DNA of 64,000 nucleotides from Azolla caroliniana (taxonomy: Eukaryota > Plantae > Polypodiophyta). The notes under the pieces were generated by a model, which searched no databases, had not been told where the DNA came from, and worked only from the letters and a program-made list of their open reading frames with translations. The position numbers were made by a program, and so were the translations under genes. The DNA lies in the NCBI GenBank assembly GCA_043228905.1, contig JBHGNT010000013.1, forward strand, positions 16,306,001 to 16,370,000, in the 5' to 3' direction. Shown here one piece after another: positions 1 to 13,868 of the stretch (within the stretch, counting starts at the first letter, position 1; every line of letters starts with the position of its first letter).

Positions 1-577
1 CCAGCAAGATATAAAGAAACAGACACAATAAACTAGAACTAATGATTAGGACAGTTGAGAGGTCTGTTCAGATAACAAGAAATGTGGGATTTGATCAGGT
101 GATATGCTGGTTTAAGGAATTGCTTGCAAAGATTGATAATGTGCCTCATTTATGTGATATATTCATTTTTAAAATTCTTCCCAAACAAAAAAAGACTTAA
201 AAGAGATTAATGTGCTAAATTCAACGTTTTGGAAATGTAATAATACCTTTGTTTCAGCTAGATAAAAAACGTCTCTCTGACAATTAGTCTGAGTATTTTT
301 TGAGATCCAACTCATATTTACCAGGTGAAAATTAAAGCACAAATTTCCAAGTCTTCAAAATCAGTCCTACTCATACATGTGCCCTTTGAGAAGTCAGAAA
401 TTTGAAATAAAATCATCCTGTGTATCTATTCAAAACACTGCAACGTGTTGTGAAACTGCATTCTTATAAGTTGTAATGTTTGGCTTTTTAGAGTAGGATT
501 TGTAAGTCCAGCTATTTGCAATGAATCATGACAAGTTTTTTGTCTGTTGGTGTAGTGCTTTCTTTTGTTGATTAAAG

Positions 578-579
<2 letters not shown>

Positions 580-621
<42 letters not shown>
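580..621. repeat. (AT)n microsatellite, about 21 units, intronic
   Basis: Perfect TA run read directly. Confidence 0.95.
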
Positions 622-624
<3 letters not shown>

Positions 625-676
625 AAAGTTTTTATCTGTTCTGGAAGAATATTTCTTTGAAATGAGATTTGGGCAG

Positions 677-3600
677 GGGATTATGGCTGAAGAAACTTCA
701 ACAACGGCCCAGCGTCGTGCTGCTGCTGAAGGACTGGGCATCCTTGCTCGTCTAGGCAATGATGTTTTTGCAGCCCGTTTGGTATAACTTAAAACCAACA
801 CATATATTTCTATGCTGTTTGATATTTCTATAATATTCTTTTAAACTTGTGGTGCAGATGAAATCACTTCTTGCAGATGCAACTGGGGTGTCAGACATTG
901 GCATGAGGGGATCTGTGGCTTTTGCATTAGGATGTATACATAGGAGGTAGAAATAAGTTCCTGAGTTTATTTACTGTCATAGACTGATAGAAATTATGAA
1001 AGAACTTTGACATTGTGATGTACTCTAATTATGTACTTACGCAGCAAAATCTGTTTTTTTCAGCAAAGGAGGAATGACATTATCTGCATTAGTTCCTGCC
1101 ACTGTGCAAATTCTGTGCCTAATGTCCAGGGATCCTAAACCTTTGGTTCATATATGGTCATTGCATAGTCTTTGGCTGACAGTGGAGGCAGCTGGTCTCA
1201 CATATGTTCCCCATGTCCAGGTATTTAATCCAGGTGTCTTTTATATGAAATTGGTCAAAACTATGGGAAAAATGGATCGAAATTTGTAGAGGATCAACCT
1301 AGATATTTGAAATAAAGTTTTAAAACTGCTGCTAGGTGTATGTTGTCAACATCATATAGTCTCTAAAATTCAGATACTAAGTCTTGAAGATTAATCAATG
1401 CTATGACAAGAGTGATACTTGTTTATTAATGTGGGTCAAAGATCGTTTGTTTGTTAATATGGAGATAAGACACCTATTAATAAAGTACCTTAGATTGATA
1501 GGCCACCAATGCTGTAATACCTTCGGACAATGCATTTTTTGGAAGACAAACCATTTGCAGATTGTATCATGAGCTGTCAGTGAGCAGTGAGCTTCTTGCT
1601 GCCTGAGATTTCTGTTCTATATTATTGAGAAATACAAAGATTCAGGCAAAGCTTTTGTGTATTTAGTTTGTAGTTTCAGTTTCATTATTGTATCATTTTA
1701 CTAGTCATATTACAATGTGTGGAAGAATGCTGCGAAGAGGAATTTTGCAGTAAGAGTTGACTGCATATAGAATTCATGCACTTCTTGTAAAAACAGGAAA
1801 AAACCAGCCATATGAGTGGAATATGGACGTGAGTATTCTTCTTACCCATGAGTAATGTGGTTAACAAAAAACCTATAGGTGATGCAGTTTAAAGTTTCAC
1901 AAAATGTGGGCTGCTACAAAAAGGAATATAAATTTGAAATCACCTTAACAGGGAAGGTAAAGCATACATAAGATTTTGGGCAGTATGTAATCTCTTACGT
2001 TATTAGTCTGAAATGATAGGGAGAGTTTTATTTTTTATTTTTCAAGTGAAGGTAGTATATCTATTTATCCTGATCAGTGTAGTTTCTAAGATATGGATGC
2101 CATATTTGAGAGCTCACATGATTGCGGTGTGCCATATGCAGGCGACAATGTCTTTAGTAATGGAAATTTTACTCTCTGAGGAGCATGCTGGTCCTGAAGT
2201 ACGTCAATGTCTTGGGCGTTTGATAAATGCAATTATTGCAGTCATAGGCCCTGAGCTTTCTCCAGGGAGCTCATTTTTCTCTCGTTGCAAGGTTTGCTTT
2301 TCTATCTTGAATCAGCAAATATCCAGCGCCTGCATAAGCTCATAAAGAGTCAGATGGAATTGTCTTCATTGACTCTTCCTGAACTGGTGCCATAATGATT
2401 GAAGTGAAACACTTTCAATAGTTGAATATGTTATCCTTAGTAAAGCATTTAATTTGCTCATATTTATGTTTCTTATCAGTCAGTGATTGCTGAGATCAGC
2501 TTTGTGGAGGAGCCTGCGTCATTACTAGAGTATGCTCTAAAAACATGGGTATATTCCTGCAGTATTTTTAGGAGGTCTAATCAATACTTTTTCTGTGTGA
2601 TGTTTAGGTCGGTATTATTCAGCCAGCAATTGGTCTTGTTTGCACCTCAAGCAGTCTCCTTTCACATACATGTGCAGCGACTGACTCCAACACTTTGGTC
2701 CAAACAGGTGTTTGTAAGCTGAAGCAGCATGATTTCTTTGTATATATTCCAAGTTTGGATTTCATTTGTCACATGGCTTATTGTTTCTTGTACAGCCTTC
2801 CTTAAGGCAAGCTGCTGTTTGTACATTGCGGCATCTTGCTGAACGTGATCCTGTAAGACATTATTATCTTATGGTGTCATGTCTTGACTTTCATGCTTCT
2901 TAGCTCCTGCATAATCACCTTTAAAACAAAATGCAGGTTGCAATGATTGATGAACGGATTGAAGAGAAACTTTTTGCCATGCTCGATACTGAGACAGATC
3001 CAAGGTTTACCACATTTATCTATGCATTCAAGCTTAATAAGAGAGGTTTTTTATGCTTTGATGCATTATATTGGATTTATGTATCGTATTATGAATTTGC
3101 TGAACTAACTTTGATTTATGTATTTAGTATAATTCAGCTTGTACGCATGACTCTAGTTTGCTTATTAGAGGCAGCATGCCCATTGTATGTCTTCCGCTGG
3201 CTTCATCTTTGCCGAAATGTCGTGAGTTTCATATTATGTTTGAAACATTAATGTTAAATATCCATCTCATGGCATTTCTCATTATTTCTTCTCTTTTCTT
3301 GTAGGTTTTAGCAACCTCTTCGACAATCGCTGCTGGTAGCACAGCAAGGAACATAGATGCCAGTTCTCAATCTGTACTTTCTTCCAACAAAGATCGATCA
3401 TTTGGTGATGATGAAGAGGGAATGATCGAGAAATCTGATCAACAAAATTCTTCATTTACTTCCTCCAGTAGTGTTAAGATGCAGTTCAGGGAAGGAGATC
3501 AGCTACCTCGTTACAGTACTCGTTTATTTGCCGCAGAGTAAATGCCTCTGATTATTATTCTAGGTTATAGAAACCTAGGCTGAAAATGCAGGGTTCCTGA

Positions 3601-6600
3601 ATCACATAAATTTGGCCATATGTTTTTTAATGTCTGTTGTAAATCACATAATGACTTGATCGTAAATCATATCGCACTATTTTTTTATCTAAATCCTATG
3701 TCCTTATTTAAAAATAAAATCATCTGGAAATGACCGAAAAAGGTACCAAAATATCTTGCTGTCATGACTTTCTATCCTCATGTCAGTCATTTTTCTAAAT
3801 TGTACTTCAATATTTAACCAATAACCTGTGGAAGATACTTAGATTACTCATGTTGAAAGAATAATAACCTATGTACAGGTGCTTAGTTCGTCTGCCAACA
3901 GCTGTTGGCGAGGATCCACGACATTTCAACCTGGTACTTGCCAAGGATGATCTTTTTTCTAGATCTGCTTCTAACTCTGGAGCAGATTGGCTTGTAATTC
4001 AGCTAGGTCAGCTTGTTGCTCTGGCATACCAGGTGATGTCCATATAGCATCTCTCATCAATTCTTGACTGCATATTTTTAATCCACACTTTTGAACTTTA
4101 CAGATTTCTTACATGTATCTATGGACTTGGATTTTTACAACCCAAAAAGATATATACTTTCATACATGCACACACTCGATTTAGAGAATCATTGTCCAGT
4201 AAATTATGTAGCCATGTGGCAGTAGGTTGTCAAAAGGTCTCAAAATACTGACAGCAATCGTTACTATTGTTTACTGTCAATGATCAAACAGGTCTCAACA
4301 GGTGTGTTTGAAAGCTTGCGGGAAAAAGGTGTATCACTACTTGTGTTAATTCTTAAGAAGGTAATGCAGAACTGCATTAAGTAGAAGTAGTTGAAAAAAC
4401 AGCATATAAACCATGCTTGATTGATTGTTGATTTACATTTTATTTGTTCTCTTCATGTCTTGGTGTTTGACTTCTCACTAACTTTTCTATCACAGTATCA
4501 AAATAACTTTTCCAACGAGTCGATTAATTTGTACAAAACGACATTGAGGCTACCTATTAATTTAACAGCAGTCCCAGTCAGGCCTCTTTATGCTATCAGA
4601 TAAGAATAAAATCATCCGAAGGAGTTTGGTCTTCGAGTAGGTACAATCCTCTACAGATCGGCATAAAGCCACTCTGGTGGTCATATGGCGACTGCATGTT
4701 AGAAATTCAAACAGCCACATTTGCTCAAGAAAGAAAATCTCTTTTCCTGCTGATCTGATCTGTCAGTCTTTCTGTAATCAGTCATATTTGCCTCCAAGGT
4801 TAATCATCTTTGTCCCAAAATAATGAAATTGTCTCCAGTCTGACAATTATCTAGTATCCGGAGGTCCACAGGACCACATGTATCTCATCTCAAGATAGGG
4901 CAATAATCTCAGTCCAAATAAATACACATATAATCAAAATCCGCTACCTAACAAATCAGAATGTTAAATTATCTGATTCAAATGCAGTACCTATAAGGTA
5001 TTATATTATTCTGATCTCTAGCAATAATACAAATCACACATAACACGACACACGACATGATGAGGATATTGTGTACTACATTTTGGTTAATGCATGAATT
5101 GGGAAATCCTAGAAATTGTTGACAATATCTGCAGAACACATTACACATGATGAGGATATCTTGTACTATGTTTTCGCTAATGTATGAAATAATCCATCAT
5201 CATATGAATAGGTAAAAAACGAGAACAATTTTTCTATAATGTGACATTCTTCCTTTTTGCATACACCTGTTCATCGTTTTGTTAAGCATAAATCTTAGTT
5301 TCTCATATGTAGGCCCTGTGAGGTTAACCTATATGTTTAGGTTTCATAAAACATTACTTATGCAAGTATATTCGCCTGTATGACTTGCAGTTTGGTGAAA
5401 CGGGAGACCCTGATTTTAGTGGACACCTGATTTTAGAGCAATACCAGGTACAATGTTAGAGGCTTTTTAAATGTGTGAAATAATGATCTTTTTTTTATGG
5501 GCATTGACTTGTGTAAATTTTATCATCTTTCAGGCACAGTTCATTTCTGCAGTGCGCACTGCTTTGGATATTAATGCTGGACCTTCTTTACTGGATGCTG
5601 GGTTGCAGCTTTCTTCACGAGTATAAGTTTGATATTCTGCTGTGACATCATTACTTTGACTCTTAATATGTATGGCAAAGAAAATGACAATGAAAGCTAA
5701 AACTCAACCATATTTGCAGATTATCACAAGTGGCATATCAAATGCTGATCTTGGAGTGTTTAAACGTGTGCTGACACTTATGTCACATTTACTCATGAAC
5801 TTGGATGATTTGCAATTCCCTTCGTATGCGGAGTGGGTAGGTTGCAAGGTAAGAACTCCTAGAAAAATTTGACAATGATTAGGATGGCCATAATGACAAA
5901 GTTGAGACACCTGTGATGTTGGTTTCCATTTAATAGGTTCAAATCAGCTTATTGAGAGCATATGCTTCTGTGAAAAGCTATTCTTATACCTGCATAACAG
6001 AAGGTTCCAACAAATTCAAAGAAGGTATATCCTTATGGATGCTGTTGGTTGATGGCTGCGCCAGATTAAGAGAACTATGGATTGGCTTATTAAGGGATTT
6101 TGTTGTCCTTAAAACATTCAGGGCATCTCAGCTACAGGTGAGTGTCCATTCTCTCAAATTCTCTCCTCAATAACGATAAGAGTTTACTCAATTATGGATT
6201 TTTTGGTGGTTACAGACCCAATACAAGCCATTTCTAAGTGGGCTTTTGTTACCTGCTGCGGTTGTGATTGTTCAACCTTACCTTCTGGATGTGTGGCCCG
6301 TCATTCTTGAGGCTGTAACATTAAACATTCAAGAAGGAGATATCAGAGATCTGGCAGAACCGAATAGCATAGCAAAATTGAACGTAACAGTATCTTTATC
6401 AATGGATGATTTTCATCACCTCTGGGCCCTCTGCTTTTCTATACTATGCCAAGGGAATTCAGAAAATAGTAAATCCTTGAATTCCAATAGTTTCCATTCC
6501 ATTTCTTTGAAAACAAAGAATCATTCAATCACGTTGAAAGATGATTTTAGACTGGTAGCACTTCACGGAATCAAGTATCTTTTTGAGCAAGGTTTACAGC

Positions 6601-9600
6601 ATCCTAAGTTGCTGTCTGCTCAATTGATTGAAGAGCTATTGCAGGTAATGTTGCAACAGGGTATTAAATGCTAGACTTTTGTACTGCATGCTTAGTAATA
6701 TAAAGCTCTTGAATGTTGCCCAGACAGTGATGCAACTCAAATTCAAATCACCTTCATCAGCATGGCAGATTATCTTGTCCATTTTAAAGCAGGTTGAATG
6801 CAAGTTGTTCACAATTTAGAAAGGCGTGGTGTTTGTTATTAAATAAGTCGCATATTGTAGCTTACAGAACCATAATTGCAGATACTGATGAGGTCTCCAG
6901 ATGAATTCTTTGCAACTGAAGGTTGGTTAGTCGTTGCAACTGAATCATGCTTGTATCATACTCAACAAGTTTTAAGCAGGTTAGATTTCAAGATGGACTT
7001 TTTATTTCACATATCCATTCTTAAAACAGATGCCACCTGCTTGGATATAATATGCTGATAAGTTATGCTGTTTCTTAGTCCTCCTGTTTATTTGAGAAGG
7101 GAAGTCATTGGAAATTTCCACTTGTTCTTTTCTTAGTTCCACACTTCTATTCATTGTTTTTGCTAATACTGAACCTTCTCCAATCGAACTTCCCTTATTC
7201 AGGCAATGCATAAAAATCGACATTGCTAGTAACACTAGGATTTCCAGGATAATGGTACTATCCTTGCTCACCAAACGACGCAGATTGCGTAGAGGTGTGA
7301 CCAGGAGTTATTAGCCCGTGTGTTGAATAAAATAGGTGATATTAGGAATCTATATCAGCTGGCTTCCGAACCGGGAATGATTGACACGCCAAAATAGTCA
7401 TTATCTGAGTGAATATTGCCACTTGTTTAAATTTCTAATCTACAAGTTGAATGCAGAAGGCCGTTAGAACCTATCAGAAGAAGCTAATAAATTTAAAATT
7501 ATGACTCACTCCATAAGTGTACATAGTATATATTATAAAAACACTAACTTCCATTTGAGGAGTGCATCCTATTCAATTTTACCTTTATGAATTAATAAAG
7601 GAATTGCTTAAACTTAGATTTTTTTAAAATCATATGTGATGATATTGGATCATCATACTCAAACAGTGTTGCTTCTGGGGCTATTGTGAGTGGGCTGAAA
7701 GATGATTCTATCATTTTCATCTGTTTCGAAATCTTGGAGATACTTGCACAAAGGTCACCTGATGAGGTACATCTTGTGTTTCTTGCTAGAATCATTCCCA
7801 AGCCAATATTTATGATGTTATGAATCAGTGTATTCACAAAGTTTCTCTTGCAGAAACAAAAATTCTTATTCTCATCTCTAGTTTTATATTACAGAGGAAA
7901 ATCCAACTTGTACCTATCATGCTTTTCATGGGACTCGAGTTTATCAAATCTTCTTCTAGATTCTCATCTTCTGCTGTGAAGTTTGTATCAAAACTAACTA
8001 CTTTGGTTATTACATCCACAGGTATCGTGCTGGATGGTTTCATGATTTTCAAATAATCATGTGGTTTAGAGTGCGTTCTTGGCTTAGAAAGTTTTAGTCT
8101 TATGTGGTCATGTGTAATGGAAGCTTAAAAAAAAGTTTGAGATCGCTTGAGATCAACATATGCTTTTGATAAGTGTTTAATGTTGTGACTGACTTGAGCA
8201 GGTTTTTTGTGTTGTGATTTCGGGTTACTCTATGTAACATTGCATATAATGTAAATTTCCAGGAATGTGGAATTGATGATTTATAGGATTCAGTGTGCTA
8301 TCTAACTGCACGTTCTATTTGTGGGATTTTATATTAATGCAGCTATATTTACTAAATTTTGCAGTGGATCAAAAAGCTTCAATTTTGTATACCATCATCC
8401 AGAATATTTCAGAATCTTTTGATTTTCTGATGAAGTCCTGCAATGCAGAAGAAAATGGAGATAGAGAAAATTTCGAAGGAACTGTATCAAAAGTAGTTGT
8501 ATTTTTGGAACTTCTGCTTTCTATCACTCAAGTCATAATGAATGCAGCAAGAACCACATCAGATATAGTATCTTCTGAAAGTTCAACAAGACACTTGATT
8601 TTGGACCATTGTGTACGATGTTTTCGCTCTGCATTGATAGCTTCCCAAATTGAGGTTTGATCATCAATATGAGTAGTTTGCATATTTTCTTATACCAGCA
8701 CATCTATATCTGTATCAAAGAATGATATTGCAGATACAACTAGCTGCTCTTCAGACTTTGCGGAATGTTGTACAGTCCGCTATTACAGAAGAGAAACATG
8801 AGTCCAGTTATGAACTCTCTCTTTTGATGATGAAAGATCTTGGCAATCCAATAATTGGTGGTGTCTACACTCAATTGAAGGTACATTGTAGATCTCCTCC
8901 TGTTCAGTTCTTTGAGGGTGCAGAGTCTAACATTATGAATGTATTCCAGATTCCTTTGTCTACTAAAGTAGCAGCATCAATTGGTGAGAGATTAAAACTA
9001 CTTGTACTTCTGCATTCTTTAGTTGGAGGCAATGAAGCGCAAATAGAGGTTTTACATGTACTGTTACCAGCAGTCATTGCTGCAGCTTCAGCAAATATGG
9101 TTGAAGAGACTCAGGTATTTGAAACCTCTATGTCTTTTATTTCTTCCTATAAATGCCATATTTTCGAGTACTTCACTATTCAACTTTAATTGAGTAATGG
9201 AAGTGGAAACATCATATTTCAATGTAGAAATAATGAATGAACATGGACTAAAAGTACTTTTCTATTACGTTTTTGCATTAGATAACAGAGGGACTGAGAA
9301 CAGTAGCAATAAAGCTGGTGACACACCTGGCTTCACAAGCAGATTGCGCAGTACAATTAAAATCTGTGCTGTTAGAAATGCCAACTGAGTTACGCCAGAA
9401 ACTTCAAGTAATTACTTTTCTATGCTCATTGTCTTTGAGTGTTGCTTTATTTTGACAAGAGAGGGATGTTTACATTTGAAATAGGATATCCTGCGAGCAT
9501 CTTCAACTCAAAAGACAACATCTACCATTATAATACCTCCTGTGTTCCCAACCACCGCTCAAAAGTTGGTTATTCCCATTATCATCCCACCAGCAGTGAT

Positions 9601-10393
9601 GATAAGCACAGGATCACCCCAATTAACTCATAAGGAGTTTCCAAAATCTCCAGAAAAGATTGAGTCAAGCAATGATGACGATGATTGGGATGATTTTCAG
9701 TCATACCCTGTAGAGGATGATAACGAAACAATGCCAGATGACTCTCAAATGCAGTCTGATATCATTGATGAACCAACACATTTTGAAAATGAGACACATT
9801 TTAGAGAAAGAAATCCAATTGAGAGAGACAATGCTTTGTCAGAGGACATGCAACCAGTTTTGACAGAAAAAACCAGCGAGTTTGTGCATGCAGCATCAGA
9901 TAAAATTGAATCAGCCGAAGCTGAGAAATTAATCGAGAGTGGAGATGCTTCAGATGTTGAACATGTAAAAATAAGTCGTGAACTCGAACATCCTGCAGCA
10001 GATCAAACTGAATCAGTTAAAGCAGAAAATCTGACTGAAACTGCGCGTGCTTCAGAAGTTGATGCTGAAACAGTGAGTGATGCAGATGATGAGTATATCA
10101 TCCCTACTGATAATCTGAAGATGAGCAAAACCAGATTTGCGGATGAAGTGCGTAATAATGAGGAAAATGGAGAACATTTCCAGAAATCTGAAGAAATAGA
10201 ATTTGACTTCGAGCAACAAGCAAACAGTCCATCAGGTTCCTACATTCTTACTGATGCTGCTCCTGACACAATCCAAGAGGATTTTGGATTTTCTACAAGT
10301 GATCTTTCAGTAGATTACACTAAAACTGATGAGAAGCTGTTACAAGATTCTTTTTCTTTTGATGGAGATAGTGTTGAAAGGAAGACTTCTTAG
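677..10393 (+). CDS. SWEETIE: HEAT-repeat protein 5 / SWEETIE orthologue (AP-1 accessory factor); 5' exons lie outside the window
   Basis: GT-AG exons traced in frame: 677-781, 858-946, 1064-1220, 2142-2291, 2480-2529, 2608-2707, 2796-2852, 2937-3004, 3128-3221, 3305-3537, 3879-4032, 4292-4360, 5391-5447, 5534-5620, 5720-5848, 5937-6137, 6216-6644, 6724-6792, 6882-6979, 7203-~7294, 7618-7766, 7895-8021, 8364-8654, 8734-8880, 8950-9114, 9282-9407, 9485-10393 (TAG). Recognised peptides: QRRAAAEGLGILARLGNDVFAARL, ALGCIHRS.GGM.LS, LGRLINAIIAVIGPELSPGS.FFSRCK, DPDFSGHLILEQYQAQF.SA.R, PSYAEWVGCK. Acidic C-terminal tail with DDDDWDDFQS. Confidence 0.92.
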
Positions 10394-13300
10394 ATATATA
10401 GGGAATTTCATGTGATGAAAGGAATTTTGTGGATACAACTTCGATCTTGAGGTTCCAGAAGCAAGCAAGATGACTTAAAACATGCATTTCGTGGATTTGA
10501 AGAGATGAAAGGGAACAGTACAAAGTATAGAACAGAGGAAGGATTCGAGTTTTTCAAACTGATAATGGCCACTGAGCTACTATTTTTTGTATGTCTCAAA
10601 GAGCAAGTCAATGTTTAGCTTATTCATAAAGAAGAAGAAAGCAAATTTCAATGATCAATACCCACCTAAGAAAAGAAGTTATCGCCATTATTCTTGTATA
10701 CATTGTAAAACATCTGACACCAGGTTTTCACAGCTCTAATTCATTGATGGCAATGTCACAGCGTACAGGTCCAGGCCAATGGGTGCTGGATGTGATATTT
10801 AGACTTTAGGACCTTAGGATTGATGTTTTCAAGCATGTTCGCCAGCATTAACAGGTGATGGAATATTATTTTATATATAGGCCACTTCCTAGGTGGTTGA
10901 ATAAAATGCTTTGTTTTGTAGAGTACTCTCTTGGATGCACTTACATTGTTGACATAAATTCCCAGTTTTATTGTTAATACAAAAAAGGCAAACATATGCA
11001 AATATTTATATATGTGGAAGAGTTTAACATATTATCTCTGTAATAGTGGATGCATGCAAAGAAGCAACATCTTGCACACTACAAATACAAAACAATGTGA
11101 AGTCTATAATAAATATTGCATTGCCCAGATAAAGTTTTGGAACATGTTGGCGTTGGATGTGGATGATGTTAATGGTTAGGTATCATAGACAAAGAAAGGT
11201 TGGCTAGGAATGAAGTTTAAATGAGGTTTTCTTGATTGATAGTTATTGGATCCTTGATTTATCAATGGATAGGTATGACTTAATTTGTAAAAAAAATGAA
11301 GAGACCCTTGCAGAAAGGGTTGCTTATTAACTTTGTGAAAAATAAGACTCCTCACTATTTATGTTTCCCATGGATAACATAACTTTAATATGTGATATCC
11401 AATTAATGGTCTAGATCATTGTAATGAAAGCTTTAGTAAATATATCACATTTCCTTCATATCTACAAGGAGAACATGTATGTTTCTGGTAGAAATTTCAA
11501 TGTGTGCCTTGTCTTAAGACGGAAGGTCAATAGAGAGGTTATAAAATGAGAGAATTGATGTATGGAGTGCCAAGTGTAAATATAAATATGATGGTATAGC
11601 TATAAAACCTATGCATTCTGCCATTAAGGTTGTAGGTTTGGGTTTGTCGTTGCTTGTTATTGTAAGACCTCTTTATAATTACAATTTTACAATAATAGTT
11701 TGCTTTATAAGAACTCTTCACAATTACAATAATAGTTTACCATTTAATAAGAACTCTTTGCAATGTATAATAGCGAGGTTCTAAATAATGGCTCTATGAT
11801 ATATAAATGGATATTTGAGAGAAAGTGGTGGTATTTTCCTTTGAGAAGGCAATATTGAACAACAATAATCCAAAGTGATCAAGGTTCCTTAGAAGGAACA
11901 TCAATTCTGTTATACTTAGCCAATTGCAAAATTGCATGGATGTTGCCGTTTGTAGCATAAATCCGCAAACTTGCAAAAATGCATTTGTCAATGAAGAACA
12001 TGCCAAAACCATATAATTTGTATTGTATATATGTAACAAAAGCTAGTATTCTCTTTTCTTATCTTTACCTTTTATTTTTTTAAGACTCTAAAGACTTCCT
12101 TTCCTTTCCAAATATATTAGTTTTAGAGGTTTATTTTAGGGTTAACAATGATGTGCTAAATGAGCCATGTAATGTTTTAATAAAGTTCCTTTATAGTTGC
12201 AACATAGAAAATGTGCGCAACACGTCATCATTAAGTACCACATTAGCAGATTGTATTCCATAAATCATTGCTCAAGGTGAACATTCAAAATAAGAGATTA
12301 ATGAGAAATGATGAATCATGAAATAGAGAACTATTTTGTGTATCTCTTAGGTTGACACCAACTCAAACACACATTTCAATTTTCTACATCTAAGTCGATT
12401 GTATTGGTCTCATATGGTATGGAGTAGGTAGACTAAAAAGTATATAATTCAAAAAAACATTTGTTCAAGTGTTTGCATGGGTAGTTGATGAGCATCAACT
12501 ACTTTTCTATTTAATAATATGTTTTCTCATTTCCAATATATCACAACTAGACAACATGTTGCATTTTATAGGAAATGTGCAAGTATTGTGGACTTCTTTT
12601 ATGTGGCTTTAAAGGTTCCATATTGTGTATAGACTACTTACCTTAGTGATGACTAACTAGAATAGTATCAAACACTTTCAAAACATTAAATACGTTCTCA
12701 AGAAAAAATGGAATATATTTGTCTACTAAAACCTCTTTGTTTCATGCCATTCTATTTAGCCATCATTGTGCATCTCCTACATCTCTCTCTAGGCACTCCT
12801 TCAAGGCATGTGAAATGACAATCGTATGCACAAATTTTACTCTTGACAAGCAATCTTTCTCCACATTGGAGTTGAAATCATATAGTATCGAAACCAAGAA
12901 GTTTGAGCAATCAAACAATTGAAACTTGGGGGAAGGATGAGGAGACATCGATGGGAAATTTGAGCAATCAAACAAGTCAAAAGTTGTCTCTACCATGGGG
13001 ATGATCGTCGGTCATTCATCTTTGCCCTAGCCACAATCGTGGGCATAGAAAACTACCAAACATTATATCGCAGGATCAACAGGAAACTTTTAGGGGGGGG
13101 GGGGGGGGGTGCGAATCGTCATGACCGGATCTCAGTCTTGGATGCGAGAAAAGTCCCTCAATGTTTCTTCTTCTTCTTCTTCTTCTCTGTCATTGCAAAT
13201 AGGGGTTGGCGAATGTAGTCAGGCGAGAGTCAGTTAGCTCATTGCACGTAGGGGTGGGTGAATCTAGTGGCGAGAGTTGGTCACCGGGCACAATGTGGTC

Positions 13301-13868
13301 ACGGGAAACATTTTAAGAGTTGTTGAGTGATGAAGAGAGAGACATATGTACATATGTATGTATGTATGTATGGTATGGTATGTATGTATGTACACACACA
13401 TAAAGAAAGAAGAAGAAGAAGAAGCACCAAAACACCCCCAAGCCCTTCATCAAGGAAAACAATAGAATACATAGATGTATCATGTACATATGTATGCAAA
13501 AAACAAACCCACATCTGGCCAAGGAAGGAACAGAGCAACCCCCCCCTCCCCCACTTCTCTGAGGCTTATTCTGCTTCGCCAATCTCTATTTTGCTTTCGT
13601 TGAGCCTTGGTTCTGCTTTCCGGATCTGCATCTGAACCTCCCCTCCCCCGAGAGGTAGGGCATATCAGGGATCCTCTGTTTTCAGGTGCGTGTCTCCCAC
13701 CGTGGATTCGATCTTTGCTTGATCTCCATCTTTCTGCAGTATAAATCTTGCTCAAAGAAGAAGAAAGAATAAACCTTCTTTTTGCTTGTGGAGGAAAGAT
13801 ACTAGTTTTTGGGTCTCTACTAGATCTTGCCCTTTTCCCTAAGACTCTGTATAAAATCTGCAGCAGAG

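Noticed and set aside
4544-5045. Possible solo LTR in a SWEETIE intron flanked by CGACA
   Set aside because: One end is TAACA but the other is TTGAG rather than TG, and a 5-bp direct repeat can occur by chance.
5055-5190. Two ATGATGA (box C-like) motifs in an intron, suggesting snoRNAs
   Set aside because: No properly placed CTGA box D or terminal stem; better explained as a short degenerate duplication.
11790-13000. Coding-like minus-strand fragments between SWEETIE and SEC24
   Set aside because: Short, interrupted and without any motif I can recognise; possibly a TE relic but unsupported.
13299-13635. Short ORFs over (TATG)n and (GAA)n repeats upstream of SEC24
   Set aside because: Low-complexity translations of promoter microsatellites.
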